Assembly: GCA_964188305.1 (NCBI GenBank)
Contig: OZ076892.1
DNA length: 64,000 nucleotides
From: Podarcis bocagei
Lineage: Eukaryota
Strand: one strand, 5' to 3'
A model generated the notes under the pieces. That model did no database searches. It had not been told where the DNA came from and saw only the letters and a program-made list of their open reading frames with translations. Position numbers and translations under genes: made by a program. Positions 49,401 through 62,209 of the stretch are shown piece by piece (the first letter of the stretch is position 1; each line of letters begins with the position of its first letter).

Positions 49401-52400
49401 CATTTCCTATGAAGCCTTTGACACAGCCCCCTTCCCTTCTTCTATTGCCGTCTTTGTGTCAATTTCAATACTGTATGTCACGCTTTGCCAGCGTGGTTCC
49501 CTCCAGTTATTTTGGATTACAACTCCCATCAGCTCCATCCAACATGGCAAGGGCTGATGGAAGCCATGGTCCAAATCATATGGAGGGCACAAGGTTGGCA
49601 AAGGCTGTTGACAGTCCTTAGGAACAGGTGCCTGTTCTCTCCTCATTCTTTGTAAACTGCCATGTAGGTGGGTAGCTCAGTATCAAATTAAAGACAGCCA
49701 AAAGAAACAAAAACAGATCAGCTTCTGTAATACAACAATGGCGGAATACAGGGTTAACTGAGGATTTTTTCTGTTGCAATACATTCCTCTGGGAAGGAGC
49801 TTTTGCCCTCTCTTCAAAAAGAGGAAACTCCAGCCACGTAAACAACTTCCACTCATGCCTGTATTGATTCCTAGATTTCCAGAGGAGTAGCTGCCTTAGT
49901 CTCCTGCAGCAAAAACAACAAAGGGTCTTGTAACACCTGAAACATCTAACAATTCTCTTCTGGCATTAAGCTTTCATGGGCTGCAGTCCACTTCATGATG
50001 CATGAGGTGTTATCTACGGATGTCCTAGAGATATTTCTGGCATTGATTATGAAGATAGGCTGTGAGCTACTTCAGCTTCAATTAGGCAACACAGTAAAGT
50101 AAGGAGTGAATTAAGCAATGCAGAATGCAATGAAAATCTGCAAATATGTCCCACTGAAATCCTTCTTTTGGAGGGGGAGCAGATAGAAGAAGTCAGGCAA
50201 CAAACCTTGAAAAGAGAAAGAATGAAGAAAGAACTAGAAAAGCAGGAAAAGCACCATGCAGATCAGCAGAACATGATGCCAGAGCAGATAGGTAGAAACA
50301 AAAAGCAGCTCTTTACTTCTCACCTGCAGCAGGGGGACTATGGGGCTTCAGAGTTTAAGAAGTCTTGAAAGTAAGGAGGAAACTGCCATTAACATCTATT
50401 GTGCTGTATTTCTCTATAAAATAACAGCTGCCACCACATTCTCATGCAGGCACATGGAACAGAGGCTTTATCTCTAAAGGTGTGCAATCCCAACAAAGGA
50501 AGCCAACTGCCCAGGAGAGCCCTTCTAGGATGGTGAGCAGGAGGCACCAAGGGACGGTAGAGGGGCTCAGATGGGGCCTGCTGGCTGAGGATCAGAAGTA
50601 TGCTGTGTGCAACATTCAGAGACCACTGACCTTTGCTTGCAAAGAGTTCACCTACACAAGCACCTCTGAATAGAGATCAAAAGTGCTATGTTCAACATTT
50701 TAAAGAGGACGACATATGATTGTGTGCAATACACATTAACAGTGACAAACCTGAAATCATCTCTCCACTTCATTCACTGGGTTTAAGATATCTGGAAGCA
50801 TCCTTCCCAGTAAGTCAATGACATGGTGCACAAGTCAACATTGAGCCAAACCATGACTTAATGCAAACAAGCAAACATGATGATCACAGGGAAGAGCATG
50901 TTATGGTCGAACCTGGGCTCATCGTTTGTCTCACTCCGAACCACAAGGTGTGGCCAATGTTTGCTATTGGTTTACCACTTGTGGTTTGTCAGGGGGACAA
51001 GCCAGGATCAGACTTAACACTAAACTCAACCATAATGTAGTCCCAGGCAGCACAGCAGCAACAGGACCAAGGGAGGAATGCAGCAGCCGAGATCTTCACT
51101 CTGGGAACATGCACAATTGCTCATACCCACTAAGCCATGGTGTGTGGTTTAGCGTTTTGTGCAAGCTGGGCCAATGTGTCATTCATACAGTGCCTTCTTC
51201 TCAATTTAATTAAAAAGCCTTGAAAGGAGATGTAGATTAGAAACTAAAAGTTTTCTTCGTCCAAGAGCACAAAGGATTCATAAAAGTCCAGTTTCTGAAT
51301 AGCTCTCTTTCTCTCTCTTTGGAATGAAGATATCCACAAAAGAAAGAAAACACCCATTATTTACTTAGAAACCTGTTTCCTGCAGGCTTTGATTATTTGA
51401 TCATTAATGAGTACCAAGATGGTTTCTTGCACACACCACTGTAGCCACCTGATGAGAGCTACCTGCTGGTTATTGTAGAGCTCAGAATCACTTCACATTT
51501 AAGCAGAGAAACAGCCACATCCTAGTACACAGACCTCCCTCAGTGCAACAGTCACCTAAAAATCCTAACCCACTTTTGTCTAGTTCCAGGGTCTTGGATG
51601 CTTTAGGACAACATGCGAGGGCCTCTTCCCTAACATGAGATCTGCTAATTTAGTATATCAGTTATAAACTCATCATTGTGCAGATACAGAAGGATTCTGT
51701 TCCAAAGGGCTCACAATTAAAGCTAAGTCAAGCTAGGGAGGAGGAGTGAGCACACATACTCCATTTTAAACATGTGTCCTGAATATTGTGCATGCACTTG
51801 TTACAGGTAACAGTGTTGGCCCTATGGAAGCAAGCCAGCAATCTGGAAGACAATTAGGGATGCTTAGGTGCATAGCTCTTATGGCAATGGCCTGGGTGGC
51901 TGAACTGCCACTAAAAATGTCTAGGCAGGATTGGAGAAAGGTCTCTCTAACTATAAGGGTGGTGGAAGATCAACTGAGTTACCCTGATGAACATACAAAA
52001 TTGCCTTGTATTGACTCAAACCATTGGTTAATCTGGCTCAGTGTTGTCTGCAGTGGCTGGCAGTGACCCTCCATGGATTCAAAAGGGTGCAAGAAGCACA
52101 CCATGCAGGAGGCCAGACAGTGCAGGAGAATGCCCATCTACAGGCCAGAGGATTGCAGTTCTCACAAAGAGGATGCAACCTGGGAGAGCCAGACTGGAAG
52201 CAAGGGCTCAAAAGGCCTCCGTCTACCTCTAGCCTTGTGGGAGCAAATTGCTCACTCCATAGTGCTGCAACACCAGATCTTACTGCCGTGTCTGGAAGGC
52301 TCTTCTGCAAGATGAGAACAGGGCTCTCTGACTAAAAGCCCACTAGAATTCATTAAAAAGAAAGATACACCTTCAGAACAGACTGTAACAAAGTCATTAA

Positions 52401-55400
52401 ATAACTCCAGACTCTCACCTGCCCAGCAGGTACATGTCCTGGCCACCAGGCAATTGCTGGCTCTCTCATGCCACCTTCAAAGGTAGTTTGCTTGCCACAA
52501 AGGAAAGGGCCATTGCTACCAGCTAGAGAAAGAGAAAACAGTAATTCTAAAAGAGTTCTAGAGAGGTATGACTCAAAGGTGAAATAAGCAAAACTAAAGG
52601 GTAAAACAAACCTATTCCCCAAGGACACCACCAACGAATTTTGTTCAAGTCCTTTGAACAATGTCAATCAACATCATAGTCTACATAGCATATTAACCCT
52701 TCCATCCTGGACATTTGCAGTAGCATACTGACCTGTGACACTGGTGTGACATCACTGAAATATCATAATGACAACATATACTTGATGTTCATTTATTTCT
52801 TGACATTGCATTTGTGTAGCTTTTAGAAAACAAGCTTTAAGTCTCAGTTGAAGATGGTTTTTTAGCCTACAAACTACCATACAAACCTTAACGCATTCAT
52901 CCTCTTAAGTGTTCCAGAAGATTAGGCTCTTAATTATTATTGTTATTATTATTATTAACATTTTTATGAAGGAGGGAAGGAGGCTGAGAAACAGTGATTT
53001 GCTGAAGGCTACAAAGAGACAGAATGAGACCCCAGTTTCCATACAGTGGGTTGGTTAACCTATGTCAAGAGTAATTTCCAAAGTATCTATTGTTTACTTC
53101 AGTCTCTTTGCATCACCATTAATTGTAATTTGAATAAATGAGAAACAAGGTGATTAGTAGCAGAGAAATTTTCCTGTCTCTCTATACTAAAGATCACAAC
53201 TGCAAACAGACATAATGTTCTAAATCAGCAGCCAGTTAGCAGAGGCCATTGCTGCTTAGCTGAAAGTCAGGAGTTGCAGGAGGTCATAAAAAGAGCCAAT
53301 AGCTTGACTGGGATTAGAACTCGTGGCAATTCCTTCTGATCTGTATGCTCCTGAAATCAACCTCAGAGTTGCCTCTGAGACTGCAGGGATGGGATGTGTG
53401 AACAAATTACAGGGGGCAAGTGATTAATTCACAGTGACTGTGCCCAAGGGAACTAAAAACCAAAAAGTTGTGAAATGGAGCAAACCTGTAAATGCAAGAG
53501 AATTGTCATCTTAACAGCTTTTCAGAGTTCAGTAGACATGCTTGTAAGATCCTCTGCATTTATTGAGACATGCTAAGGAGAATTTACAGATCTGGGGCTC
53601 AATAATTTGGTTCAGATGTCAGCAGGCCACATTTTACCTGTTAGATCTTAGGAATGGACCAGTTAGATCTTAGGAACGAACTAGGTGAAATGCGGAAGTC
53701 TCAAATTCTCTATTCCTAACTTGACAAGCTCTGTACCAGGAAGACCAACCTTGATCAGGACCGGAAACAAGGGCAGCACCGTTGTCAGATGTGAAAAATA
53801 CGAAGGTGTTGTTGCTTATGCCCAGCTTTTGAAGGCGACTCAGTATTTTCCCAATGCTGTCGTCAATTTCTCGCACGGCATCACCATACCTGAGAGGCAG
53901 GGAGAGCAAATGGCAAGCCTGTCAAGTGGGGGTGGGGGGTGTTTTGTCTTTAGGACTTGTAGATTCTGTAATATGCAGCGGTAATATTTATTTATCTGTA
54001 AATAGTTTCCAACACACTGCTCTTAAAGCTGCTTACAACAAAATAATACATTATAAAACAACCCCCCTTTTTAAATCAACCAGTTCCAAAAATAGCAAGG
54101 GTTCAGAAAAAGTGTTTCATTTACAAAATAAATTTTATAACAGACTACTAAGGGCTGAGGATACTGGTACTGATAAGGAAGATGTCACTCTTTATTGGTT
54201 TTAGGCAGCTATTGCTCATCTATTTGCTAATTGTTTACAACAGCTTATGAGATCCCTGCTTATAGGATTCCCATTTGGGCACCTGGCTGGACACTGTGAG
54301 AACAAGATGCTGGACTAGATGGGCTTTTGGTCTATTCCAGCGGGGCCCTTCTTCTTAAAGGTCTTAATACCAAGCTTTTAGTATTTCTTTTAGGTACTGT
54401 AGATATTAAGTATTCAGTGGTTTTAATGTGTTGACTTTATGTAGTCAGTATAAAAGTTAGCACATTATATTGAATTATATTGTTTGTAAGCCACCCTGGA
54501 ACGTTTCTTAATGAAGGGCAGTATAAAAATGTCTTAAATAATTGGAAAAGGAATGAGTTATTCTGCATATTTGTTTGGGCAAAAAATGTTTCTTTCCAGT
54601 TCTTCAAATATGGAGTCTTTTTGGGAACTTAAATGTGTAAAAGCACATGCATGTTTACTCAGAAGTGAGTCTTACTGTGTTCAAGGGGGCTTACTCTCAG
54701 GATTGGGTTTTTTTTCACCCTGACCTTGGAGTAAGCTCTGTTGAATGAAGTGGGATTGAATTCCGGTTAATATGCACTATTATTCTAGCAAAAGCTTGAA
54801 TAGGTCAGAGTCCATGCTGTCAAGATGCATGAGACATTCAGGTCAATTTTAAGATATCATAAACCTCTTTGTTTTTGCTTTAACAAGACGGCTACCCACC
54901 TGGAATTTACAAATCTTAGTTATGTTTGGGGAGGGGTATGTTGGTTGTTAGAGCAAAGCTCTTAACTGTTTTTAAAAGTTTTATTTGTTCATAATTAACA
55001 CATTAATTATTAGGTATTGTTTTTATATATAGCTCTTAGTTATATTCAAGTGGTCACTCGGTATCACCAAGAGAACTTTCAGATGTGCTCCCAGAGAAGC
55101 TAAAAATCCAACAGCAAGACCCACCCACTCTCACAAGGGAAGCTGCTGATCACCACAAAGCTGGCTCCCTTCTTTCTGATTTGGGGGCCTTTTGAAAGCC
55201 CCACTCCATTTCAGCTGGTCATCTTCACTCAGCACAGAATGTCCTCAAAGCAAAACTGGCATGGATGGTGAGGAGAAGAGGAACCACAGAGGAAGCGTGT
55301 GTGTGGACAGGCACACACACAGATTACTTGAAAGTTGCAAAGGAAATCTTAGTGCAAAGGATGGGGGGGGGGGGGGAGTCTACCAAATTTCTTAATCTCT

Positions 55401-58400
55401 GATGCTGGACACATGTTCCTGGTCTAAGCCCTGGTGATTCCTGGCTCAAATTAACCTCTATAAACAAAATTGGAGAGGGGAGGGAAGACACCATCCACTA
55501 AAAACACCGTATTTACTTGAGTCTAATGAACCATCAAATCTAACATGCACCTCAATTTTCAGAACCTTGAAACAAAACAAAAAAACCCTATTTGGTGGCA
55601 AATGTAAATGTGCCATAGAATCTAATGCGCAGCTTAATTTTCGTAATGTAATTTGGCCAAAAAAGGTGAGCATTAGATTTGAATAAATACGGTATGCAGA
55701 AAGTTACCAATCTACTGTTTAAATAAATAAATAAATAAAATGTGGCCATTTTAAACGTTTATTTTTGGTTTTGCTTCGGGGTCAGTTGTCAGAAAATGAG
55801 AGTCTAACTCTTCCCTCCAGGTTTTTTTGGGCTGTACACCTTTGATATGACAGCTTTTATGCTTGGCTCCCTGGCTAGATAACCCTCAGATCAGCTTTGG
55901 TCTTGCCTCCAGACTGTACCCAGGTACCAGAATCTTTGATCTCAATCAATAGTTGTCAACCCTATTTGCTTTGGATGCAAGACTTTTATTTCAGATTGCA
56001 AGAGAGTCTTCAACCGAGGATAAACACTCTCAAAGCACCTGCTGCTCTTTAATGCTCATAACACATGTACTTTTAAATTTGTAAGTTGTGATCTCTATTG
56101 TCAACCGCCACTGTTCTTGGTTTTCTTCTAGTGCTTTTCTTCTAGTGCCAGAAAAAGGAGAGGAGGAGGAAATGATACTTCAGCTCAAAAAGCGACTTAC
56201 AGCCCTCGTTGGCTAGTGCCCAAGAACTCCCTGGAGGCATACACAGGCGCGTGAGTAGCATCGATTGCCCAATACAGAAAGAACGGCTGTTGGCTGGCAT
56301 GCTGTGTGCTAATGAAATCAAGGGCTTCCTGGAAATGACAAGAGAATCAACCTTAAATATGGCCACCCATGCTACATATGTATAAGCAAGCAAGCAGAAA
56401 GTGCCTGTGGGTTTTAAAGAACGTTTTATCAGAATACAGAGTACCTGTAAGTACATTTGAGTTAGGTTGGCTTCCCCCGTCTTATGGTCAATTTTTACAT
56501 CTTCGTAATACCTAGAAAGTTTTAAACAAAAAACAGAAAACATGTTCCAGATGTTTTACAGGATATGGCAGTGGCGGAATAAGTGCTTTGCTCACCATCA
56601 GTCCCCTGGGAAGTTGGCAGCGAGTCACTATGTATTAGGAAACGTTACTCCATGTACGCAAACCATGAATACAATCTCAAATAGCTCTGCTCTGTTTTGC
56701 TGAGGATTGCTTTTTCGGCTATTTATCTTATCTAGTTTAATCCAGCTTTCCCCAACACTGGGCCCTCCAGATATATAGGAGTACAGCTCCCATCATAGCC
56801 AGCACAGCCAATGGTCAGGGGTGGTAGGAGTTTGGAACCCAACAACATGCGGAAGCTGTTCAAAGTATCTGGAGGGTACAAGGTTGGGGAAAACTGCATT
56901 AATGGCAGAGTAGTAGATAATGCATAGAAGGGACGCGGGTGGCGCTGTGGGTTAAACCACAGAGCATAGGACTTGCCAATCAGAAGGTTGGCGGTTCGAA
57001 TCCCCACAACGGGGTGAACTCCCGTTGTTCGGTCCCTGCTCCTGCCAACCTAGCAGTTCAAAAGCACATCAAAGTGCAAGTAGATAAATAGGTACCGCTC
57101 CGGCATGAAGGTAAACGGCGTTTCCGTGTGCTGCTCTGGTTCGCCAGAAGCGGCTTAGTCATGCTGGCCACATGACCCGGAAGCTGTCTGCGGACAAACA
57201 CCAGCTCCCTCGGCCTATAGAGCGAGATGAGCGCGCAACCCCAGAGTCGGTCACAACTGGACCTAATGGTCAGGGGTCCCTTTACCTTTACCTAGATAAT
57301 GCATAAACAGGACCTTTTCCACCACTCATAAGCACACTAGACTGGGCAGCACCACAGACAAAAACACATTTAATGCCACACAGAAAGCAATCAGAGGCAC
57401 TTCTTAATATCTCTTACCTTTAAATGGAGACATACGATATTTCTGTAGAGGAAAGCATAACTTAGGAGGGGCCTTCAGAGTGATTTTCTCAGGAGTAACA
57501 TTGGCTGGTGGATTTCAGCCAAAGCTACAGCAGAAAAGTAAGCCAGTTTGGGGGGGGGGCTGGTGTTTCCTAACTTCCGAGTGATTAACTCTGCAACCTT
57601 GTCATTGTTAATGGAGTTCTCATACATAATTCACTGCATATGGCAGCTCCTCAGGGGGTACTGCAAGCCCGCTCTGTGTGCGTATCAGGTGGTGTTTCCA
57701 TCACTTCACCTCGGGTGCCTGGTGTGTCTCAGTGTGGTGGAATTTCTGGAAAATGCAGCCCTGCAGAGGTCCTTGATCCAGAAGCCTAGAGCCCCCTGGC
57801 CTCTTACAGGGGGGAAAAAGGCAAACGCCAGCATGTTATGCTCTGCTGGAAGGAAGGAAGGAAGGGCAGCAGAATGGAGCCCTAGGCCCTCTTCTGTAGC
57901 AGAGCTTAAAAGGAGCCAGAAAAAGCAGAAGAAAAGCAAAAGGCAACAAGGTACAGGTGACACAGAAAAGCGGCTACCTGCCAATCATTTCCCAGTCCCT
58001 GTAAAAAGGGATGTTAGGTGCTGCCTTGTTATCGTAAGGTCCAAAATGGCAATTAGGGGATCCAAACCACTCATCAAATCCATGCCTCAAGGGATGGAAC
58101 TCAGGTCTGTGGCCAAGGTGCCTAGAAAAGATTAAGAAAAAGAAAAAACCAGTCAGAGATGCATAAGAGAAGATCAATCACCCTATCAGCACTGCACAAA
58201 AAATGCACTGTAACGAAGAAGCTGACAGATGTAATAACCCATGGTTAAGAAATAGACAATGAAAGGCCCACAGCTAACTAATTCAGATAATTTGCCTTTG
58301 GGGGCTTCCTGGTCCATCACCTGTAACCTCCCAAAGTCCCTTGCTGGACCATTTCCTCTGCTGAACCCTGAATAGCACTTATCAATAGTAGTTTCCATGG

Positions 58401-61400
58401 CTCAAAAATATGTGGAAAATGTAATATACCCTTCACCTGATACCCTTCAGATTTTCTTGGCTACAAGTACCATCAGTCCAAGCCAGCTTTGCTGTGCTAG
58501 CTGCAGCTTATGGCGGCTGTTGTCCAGAACATCTGAAGGGTTCCAGGTTGGCAAAGACTGATGGAACCTTGTGCCATTTCCAGAGCCAGAGCAGGCATTG
58601 AAGCTAGCCCACATAGTTCCTTATCCTGCTCCATAAAGAAAAGAGGAATGATGATGGCAAATGAGAAAATCGAAGCCAACATGCTTAATTTGTATAATTA
58701 AAGCTTAAGGCGGGTGCTGGCTTTTCAGTTTTGGGTGCTCTTAGAGAAAAATGATTATCTGGATCCAATCCAGTCTGAGTTCAGGCTTAGCCTGAGGATG
58801 CACAATTAACTAGTGGCTAGGAGCACCTTTTACCAGCTTTGGCTGGTGTACAAGCGATGATCATTCCTTGCCATTCCTGGACAAAGACAGCCTGGTTACA
58901 GCAACCCATAACACTGGTAACCTCAAGACTGGGTTACTGTACTGTAATCTGTTCTACATGGGGCTGCCCTTAAAGCTGGTTCAGAAGCTGCAGGTACTGC
59001 AGAATTTGGCAGCTAGACTGCTGAGCAGAGCTGCCTGCTGTGACCATGGGATGCCATTGTTGAAAGAATTGAACTGGCTGTCAATTTACCACCAAGCAAT
59101 ATTAAAGGGTTTTTATTGACATAGGCCTGGACACTTGAAGTATGTTTTTTTCCCATGCTGAGATTCTCAGATGAGGAAGTCTTAGTTGTGCCTCATCTTG
59201 CCTAGGGCCATGGTGTGACAAGCCTTCTCTGTTGGGTAACAGATCTCATGGAATCATTTCCTCCCTGAAATAAGCTGCAGACTCTGGTGCACTTTTGACG
59301 CCTGCTAACGACTTGCTTTTTCACTCAGGCATCTGCCGGTTTTTAAGACCAGGTATGTGGCAATATGCTTCATTGTTTTACTGTGGTTGGTCATATCGCA
59401 TTGTTTACTGAGTTACTGTATTTTAACATGTTGATTTTATTTTTGGAATCACGTTGAAGGAAAGTATACCTATTTAAATGATTAAGTCACAGAATTCAGA
59501 TTCTTTTGGGGGCAGAGTTTTGACCAGCTGGCTAAGCATGGAAGATTGCACCAAACCATGTGACAAGTGGGGTGGGGGTGGGGGTGGGGGTGGGGCAGGC
59601 ACTGGTCCTCTACTTGCCCAGCACGGCCCACATTGCGCTGTTTTTTTTTTGTGGGGGGAAGCACCACAAAAAGACAGCCTGCAGAGTGAAGAATGCACTG
59701 CATTCCCTCTTCTGCGCTGCACCCCTTTACCGACTGGCAATGACATTCAGCCCTAGAAACAGGCTGACACAACAGGCGCCAGGTCTAACCAATCCGGTGC
59801 TTCCTACCCTCACAAGAGGAACTATGCTGCAAGCTCAGACTTAATTAGCTTTCTGCTATGGCTCTGAGGTTGTTTGAGACTTGCTGCTTTCCAGATAACT
59901 CCCTGGAACCAATCTGTATCTGTGCTGTTTATTTCCTTTCCCCAGGTGTATGAATTTACATTTATTAGCACTCAGCTGCATCCCATTGCCTGCAGCCCAC
60001 TGAGCTGTATTTTTCTTCTTCGGCAGTCTGCTGTTTGGATTTGCAGCAATAAATAATTCACGGGTGTGGGTTCATTTGCTTTCTTTCCTAGGATGGTGCT
60101 TCTAGTGGCAAACAGCTTGATCATCAGTGAATGTTCGCTAGCTTGTTGGCAAATCCCCTGAAATATATGCATCCTTTCTTGGCCTGTGTTATTTTGCCCC
60201 TGTTTTTAATCTGCCCTTCCTCCAAGGAACAATGTCACCCCGCTGCCCTTTTATCATCAATGAGGTGCAACGTAAGTTGAGCTGCCAACCAGGAGTCACA
60301 TATACTGTACTGCCAAGCAAGGTGTTTGAACCCAGGTCCCCCTAGACTCTCTATTAACAATGACCCTTGAATCTGCTCCCCAAACTAATGGGAAGAAAAT
60401 GCTCGTGTAGGTGCTGCATTTATTAGCTGTATTATCCTGGCCTGACATTTTTTGCATGACACACTTTATCTCCAGAAAGATTTGTCTATTAATTCTGTTG
60501 CAGAATGTGCTACTTGAAATTGGGGGAATCCAATGTGGTGCCCTCTAGATATTGGTAGACCACAACTACTATTGTCTATGACCACTGGGCCCTGCTGGCC
60601 GGGACTGGCGATCCTTGCTTTAAATTTGTTACAGCGGCAACCAAGGCCAACACACTTCAAAGTCAGAACCTTTGGGTCTGTGTATGGTTGCCTCATATGG
60701 TGAGCCACTCAATTACACACTGACTTTATCTGCCCAGGCTGGTATTTTGAATCCTTCAGGGCAGAAAACCACACAACAGGGTTGCCTGTTCCAGTTAAGG
60801 TCTTCCTGAACTGCAGTGTAATTTTGCATCCTTTTGACCATTCTTCAGTCCCGATTTCTGGCTTGTTTCTCAATTCTGCCTCCTGGTTTCTCCTTTAGTC
60901 CTGGGCTTACTCTTTGGTCCTGACTACTGGCTTCAACCCGCAGCTCCCGGTTCCTGGCTCACTGCCGAGCCCCAGCAGTGGCATCCTTTGCCACAAAGAC
61001 TTGCACATGCGATTTTACAATGCACTTTGATCTAAGAACTCCCCAATCCTGAGTCGCCCCATTAATAGATCAGGGAGGTGGCAGTGTAGCAGCAGGTGCT
61101 AAAGCCACAGAGTAGAAAGGAGGAGGTGTGTCTTTTAGGTTAGAAGGTAAGACCAAACTATGGTCCTTAAACACACAAACATTTCAAACAGAAGAATCCC
61201 CTTAAGGAAAAAGTCACAAAACCCTGCCTGATCCACGAATCTCTTCATCAGCAGTAAATTCATACACCAATCTGGGAAGTCAATCGTCAGGGGAGCAATA
61301 GGAAGAGAACAGTCATCTCTGTCTCTCTCCTTTTTTCTTCCAAAGTGGCTCAGAAATCACACTTTCCTCCTCAGCTGCTGTGAGGCTTTTCTTAACAACC

Positions 61401-62139
61401 ATGATTTATATAAAAGAACCATTTTCAGTGGCCTTGCCGTTACCTTTGTTAACACCTGCGCCAGCACCACAGAGGTTTGTCATCAATTTCAATGATCCAA
61501 CTCTTAGCTCTTTTAAAAGAGCTCCTGGGATACAGCACAAGCAGATTGTGGGTCAATATTTGTTCAGTAGTTCCCGGTTTACCCTCTGCCCGCCTAGATT
61601 ATGCTATGACTCCTTGGAAGAGTGCTAGCATCAGTCCTTCTCTCCTTAGGGAAGGGAATGCATCTCTGAAGCCACTCAATAACTCTGCTATTCAAGCAGG
61701 ATCAAAAAGGAACAGCTTACAATTTAGGCAGAAAGTGCCATACCTCAGAGATTAACATTTTGCAAGGGCCAAAGATAAACGATTTGATGACTGCTTATGG
61801 CATGCTCTGGCAATGCAAGTTTGTAATTTCTTATGAAAATAAGTGCAGCATGTTGCCTCTATTATACGATAGTCCTTGGGTCTAAAATTAGTCACAGCAG
61901 GTGGTGGGGGGACGATTCCCTGCCAAGATTTCTGAAGACAGAAATCACAAATTAAACCAACTTATTTGAACTCTGATTCTCTCACATATAAAGTAAGCCA
62001 TACAAAAAAAGGGACATATTCAAAAAGAAGCTTTACCATTTGCCAACGATCTTATTGACATAGCCGGTTTTCTTCAGCAATTCTGGAAGGAGGAGCTCAG
62101 AATCTGGGATGCCCCCTGTTATGACCTGGGGGGTGTAGG
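21037..62139 (-). CDS. GALNS: N-acetylgalactosamine-6-sulfatase, 5'-partial (exons 4-14); complement(join(21037..21123,24764..24881,33945..34066,44195..44297,45631..45767,52419..52522,53750..53889,56201..56328,56445..56511,57978..58121,62037..62139))
   Basis: Eleven GT-AG exons, 1253 nt in phase to TGA. Sizes 103/144/67/128/140/104/137/103/122/118/87 match human exons 4-14, except exon 7 (+3 nt). Active-site motifs present: [32 protein letters not shown]. The formylglycine-Cys exon lies beyond the window. Confidence 0.98.
21208..22108 (-). mobile_element. CR1 LINE, 5'-truncated young copy (RT C-terminal part plus 3' tail)
   Basis: Open ORF 21286..22125: [48 protein letters not shown]; (ATTCTATG)n-type tail at 21208-21228. 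Confidence 0.96.
24764..24881 (-). CDS. GALNS: GALNS exon 13
   Basis: tccag|T TTT TCA...GTC ATG|gtaag; [39 protein letters not shown]. Confidence 0.97.
26215..26540 (+). mobile_element. RTE-clade LINE 3' fragment
   Basis: [10 protein letters not shown]...[17 protein letters not shown], then after a frameshift AGHVAR; AT-rich and decayed. Confidence 0.7.
27098..27136 (+). repeat. (CA)n microsatellite
   Basis: Seen directly. Confidence 0.95.
27325..27582 (-). mobile_element. CR1 internal RT fragment (older)
   Basis: Aligns by eye to 21772-22030 (ttgatgca..tagaat.gcatt..tcacactgttggctca..cctagatccttttcacatgtac). Confidence 0.85.
32655..32860 (-). mobile_element. Squamate tRNA-derived SINE family; decayed copies near 316-430, 24355-24460, 45335-45465, 46160-46305, 51990-52075
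   Basis: Recurrent agctgcctt...ctgactg.cag.gactctccagggt.tcag.cag...cctggagatgc...gaacc.gggacct...ctgagctac layout. Confidence 0.55.
33945..34066 (-). CDS. GALNS: GALNS exon 12
   Basis: tgcag|GGC ATT...ATA AG|gtaag; [40 protein letters not shown]. Confidence 0.97.
37669..37736 (-). mobile_element. CR1 3' terminal fragment
   Basis: catagaatcatagagttggaagggacccc...catctagtccaacc...ttgcaggaatc. Confidence 0.8.
38428..38592. other. Assembly gap (165 N)
   Basis: Run of n. Confidence 1.
41977..42023 (+). repeat. (ATT)n microsatellite
   Basis: Seen directly; other simple repeats: (TA)n near 29118-29142, (TAA)n near 46409-46440, (TA)n near 47869-47889. Confidence 0.95.
44195..44297 (-). CDS. GALNS: GALNS exon 11
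   Basis: atcag|G CCA ATA...AGC CAG|gtaat; [34 protein letters not shown]. Confidence 0.97.
45631..45767 (-). CDS. GALNS: GALNS exon 10
   Basis: gacag|GTG AGT CAT...GAC AG|gtgag; [45 protein letters not shown]. Confidence 0.97.
46515..46767. mobile_element. Tc1/mariner (Tigger-like) MITE, complete
   Basis: TA|CAGTGGTGCCTCGCAAGACGA ... TCGTCTTGCGGGGCACCACTG|TA; repeated internal cgtcttgcga motifs; CpGs retained, so young. Confidence 0.92.
49877..50005 (-). mobile_element. Penelope-like terminal remnant (old)
   Basis: tccagaggagtagctgccttagtct...gcaaaaacaacaaagggtcttgtaacacct...aagctttcatgggctgcagtccacttcat. Confidence 0.6.
52419..52522 (-). CDS. GALNS: GALNS exon 9
   Basis: tctag|CT GGT...GGG CAG|gtgag; [34 protein letters not shown]. 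Confidence 0.97.
53750..53889 (-). CDS. GALNS: GALNS exon 8
   Basis: ctcag|G TAT GGT...CAA G|gttgg; [16 protein letters not shown]...[18 protein letters not shown]. Confidence 0.97.
55507..55692. mobile_element. Mariner/pogo-like MITE
   Basis: Imperfect TIRs CCGTATTTACTTGAGTCTAATG / CATTAGATTTGAATAAATACGG, followed by TA on the right. Confidence 0.7.
56201..56328 (-). CDS. GALNS: GALNS exon 7
   Basis: tccag|GAA GCC...GGG CT|gtaag; [42 protein letters not shown]. Confidence 0.97.
56445..56511 (-). CDS. GALNS: GALNS exon 6
   Basis: tctag|G TAT...TTA CAG|gtact; [22 protein letters not shown]. Confidence 0.96.
56930..57292 (+). mobile_element. Sauria SINE, full length
   Basis: Same family as the 6565 copy; B box ggttcgaatccc; (ACCTTT)n tail; 13-bp TSD TAGATAATGCATA at 56914-56926 and 57293-57305. 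Confidence 0.95.
57978..58121 (-). CDS. GALNS: GALNS exon 5
   Basis: tctag|G CAC...GGC AG|gtagc; [32 protein letters not shown]...DWEMIG. Confidence 0.97.
58740..59340 (+). mobile_element. L2-clade LINE fragments
   Basis: [29 protein letters not shown]...[12 protein letters not shown] is the post-RT region of L2 ORF2. Confidence 0.75.
62037..62139 (-). CDS. GALNS: GALNS exon 4
   Basis: tgcag|CC TAC ACC...AAA TG|gtaaag; [34 protein letters not shown]. Confidence 0.97.
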
Positions 62140-62209
62140 CTGCATTAAGACAAAAACACTTCAGCCAAATGAGAAGGTTTGCAGGTGGTAACATGATTTA
62201 TTAACTGTA

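Noticed and set aside
57548-58135. 195-aa + strand ORF antisense to GALNS exon 5 as a nested gene
   Set aside because: TTG start in a G-run, no recognisable domain, no exon structure; partly a shadow of the real exon.
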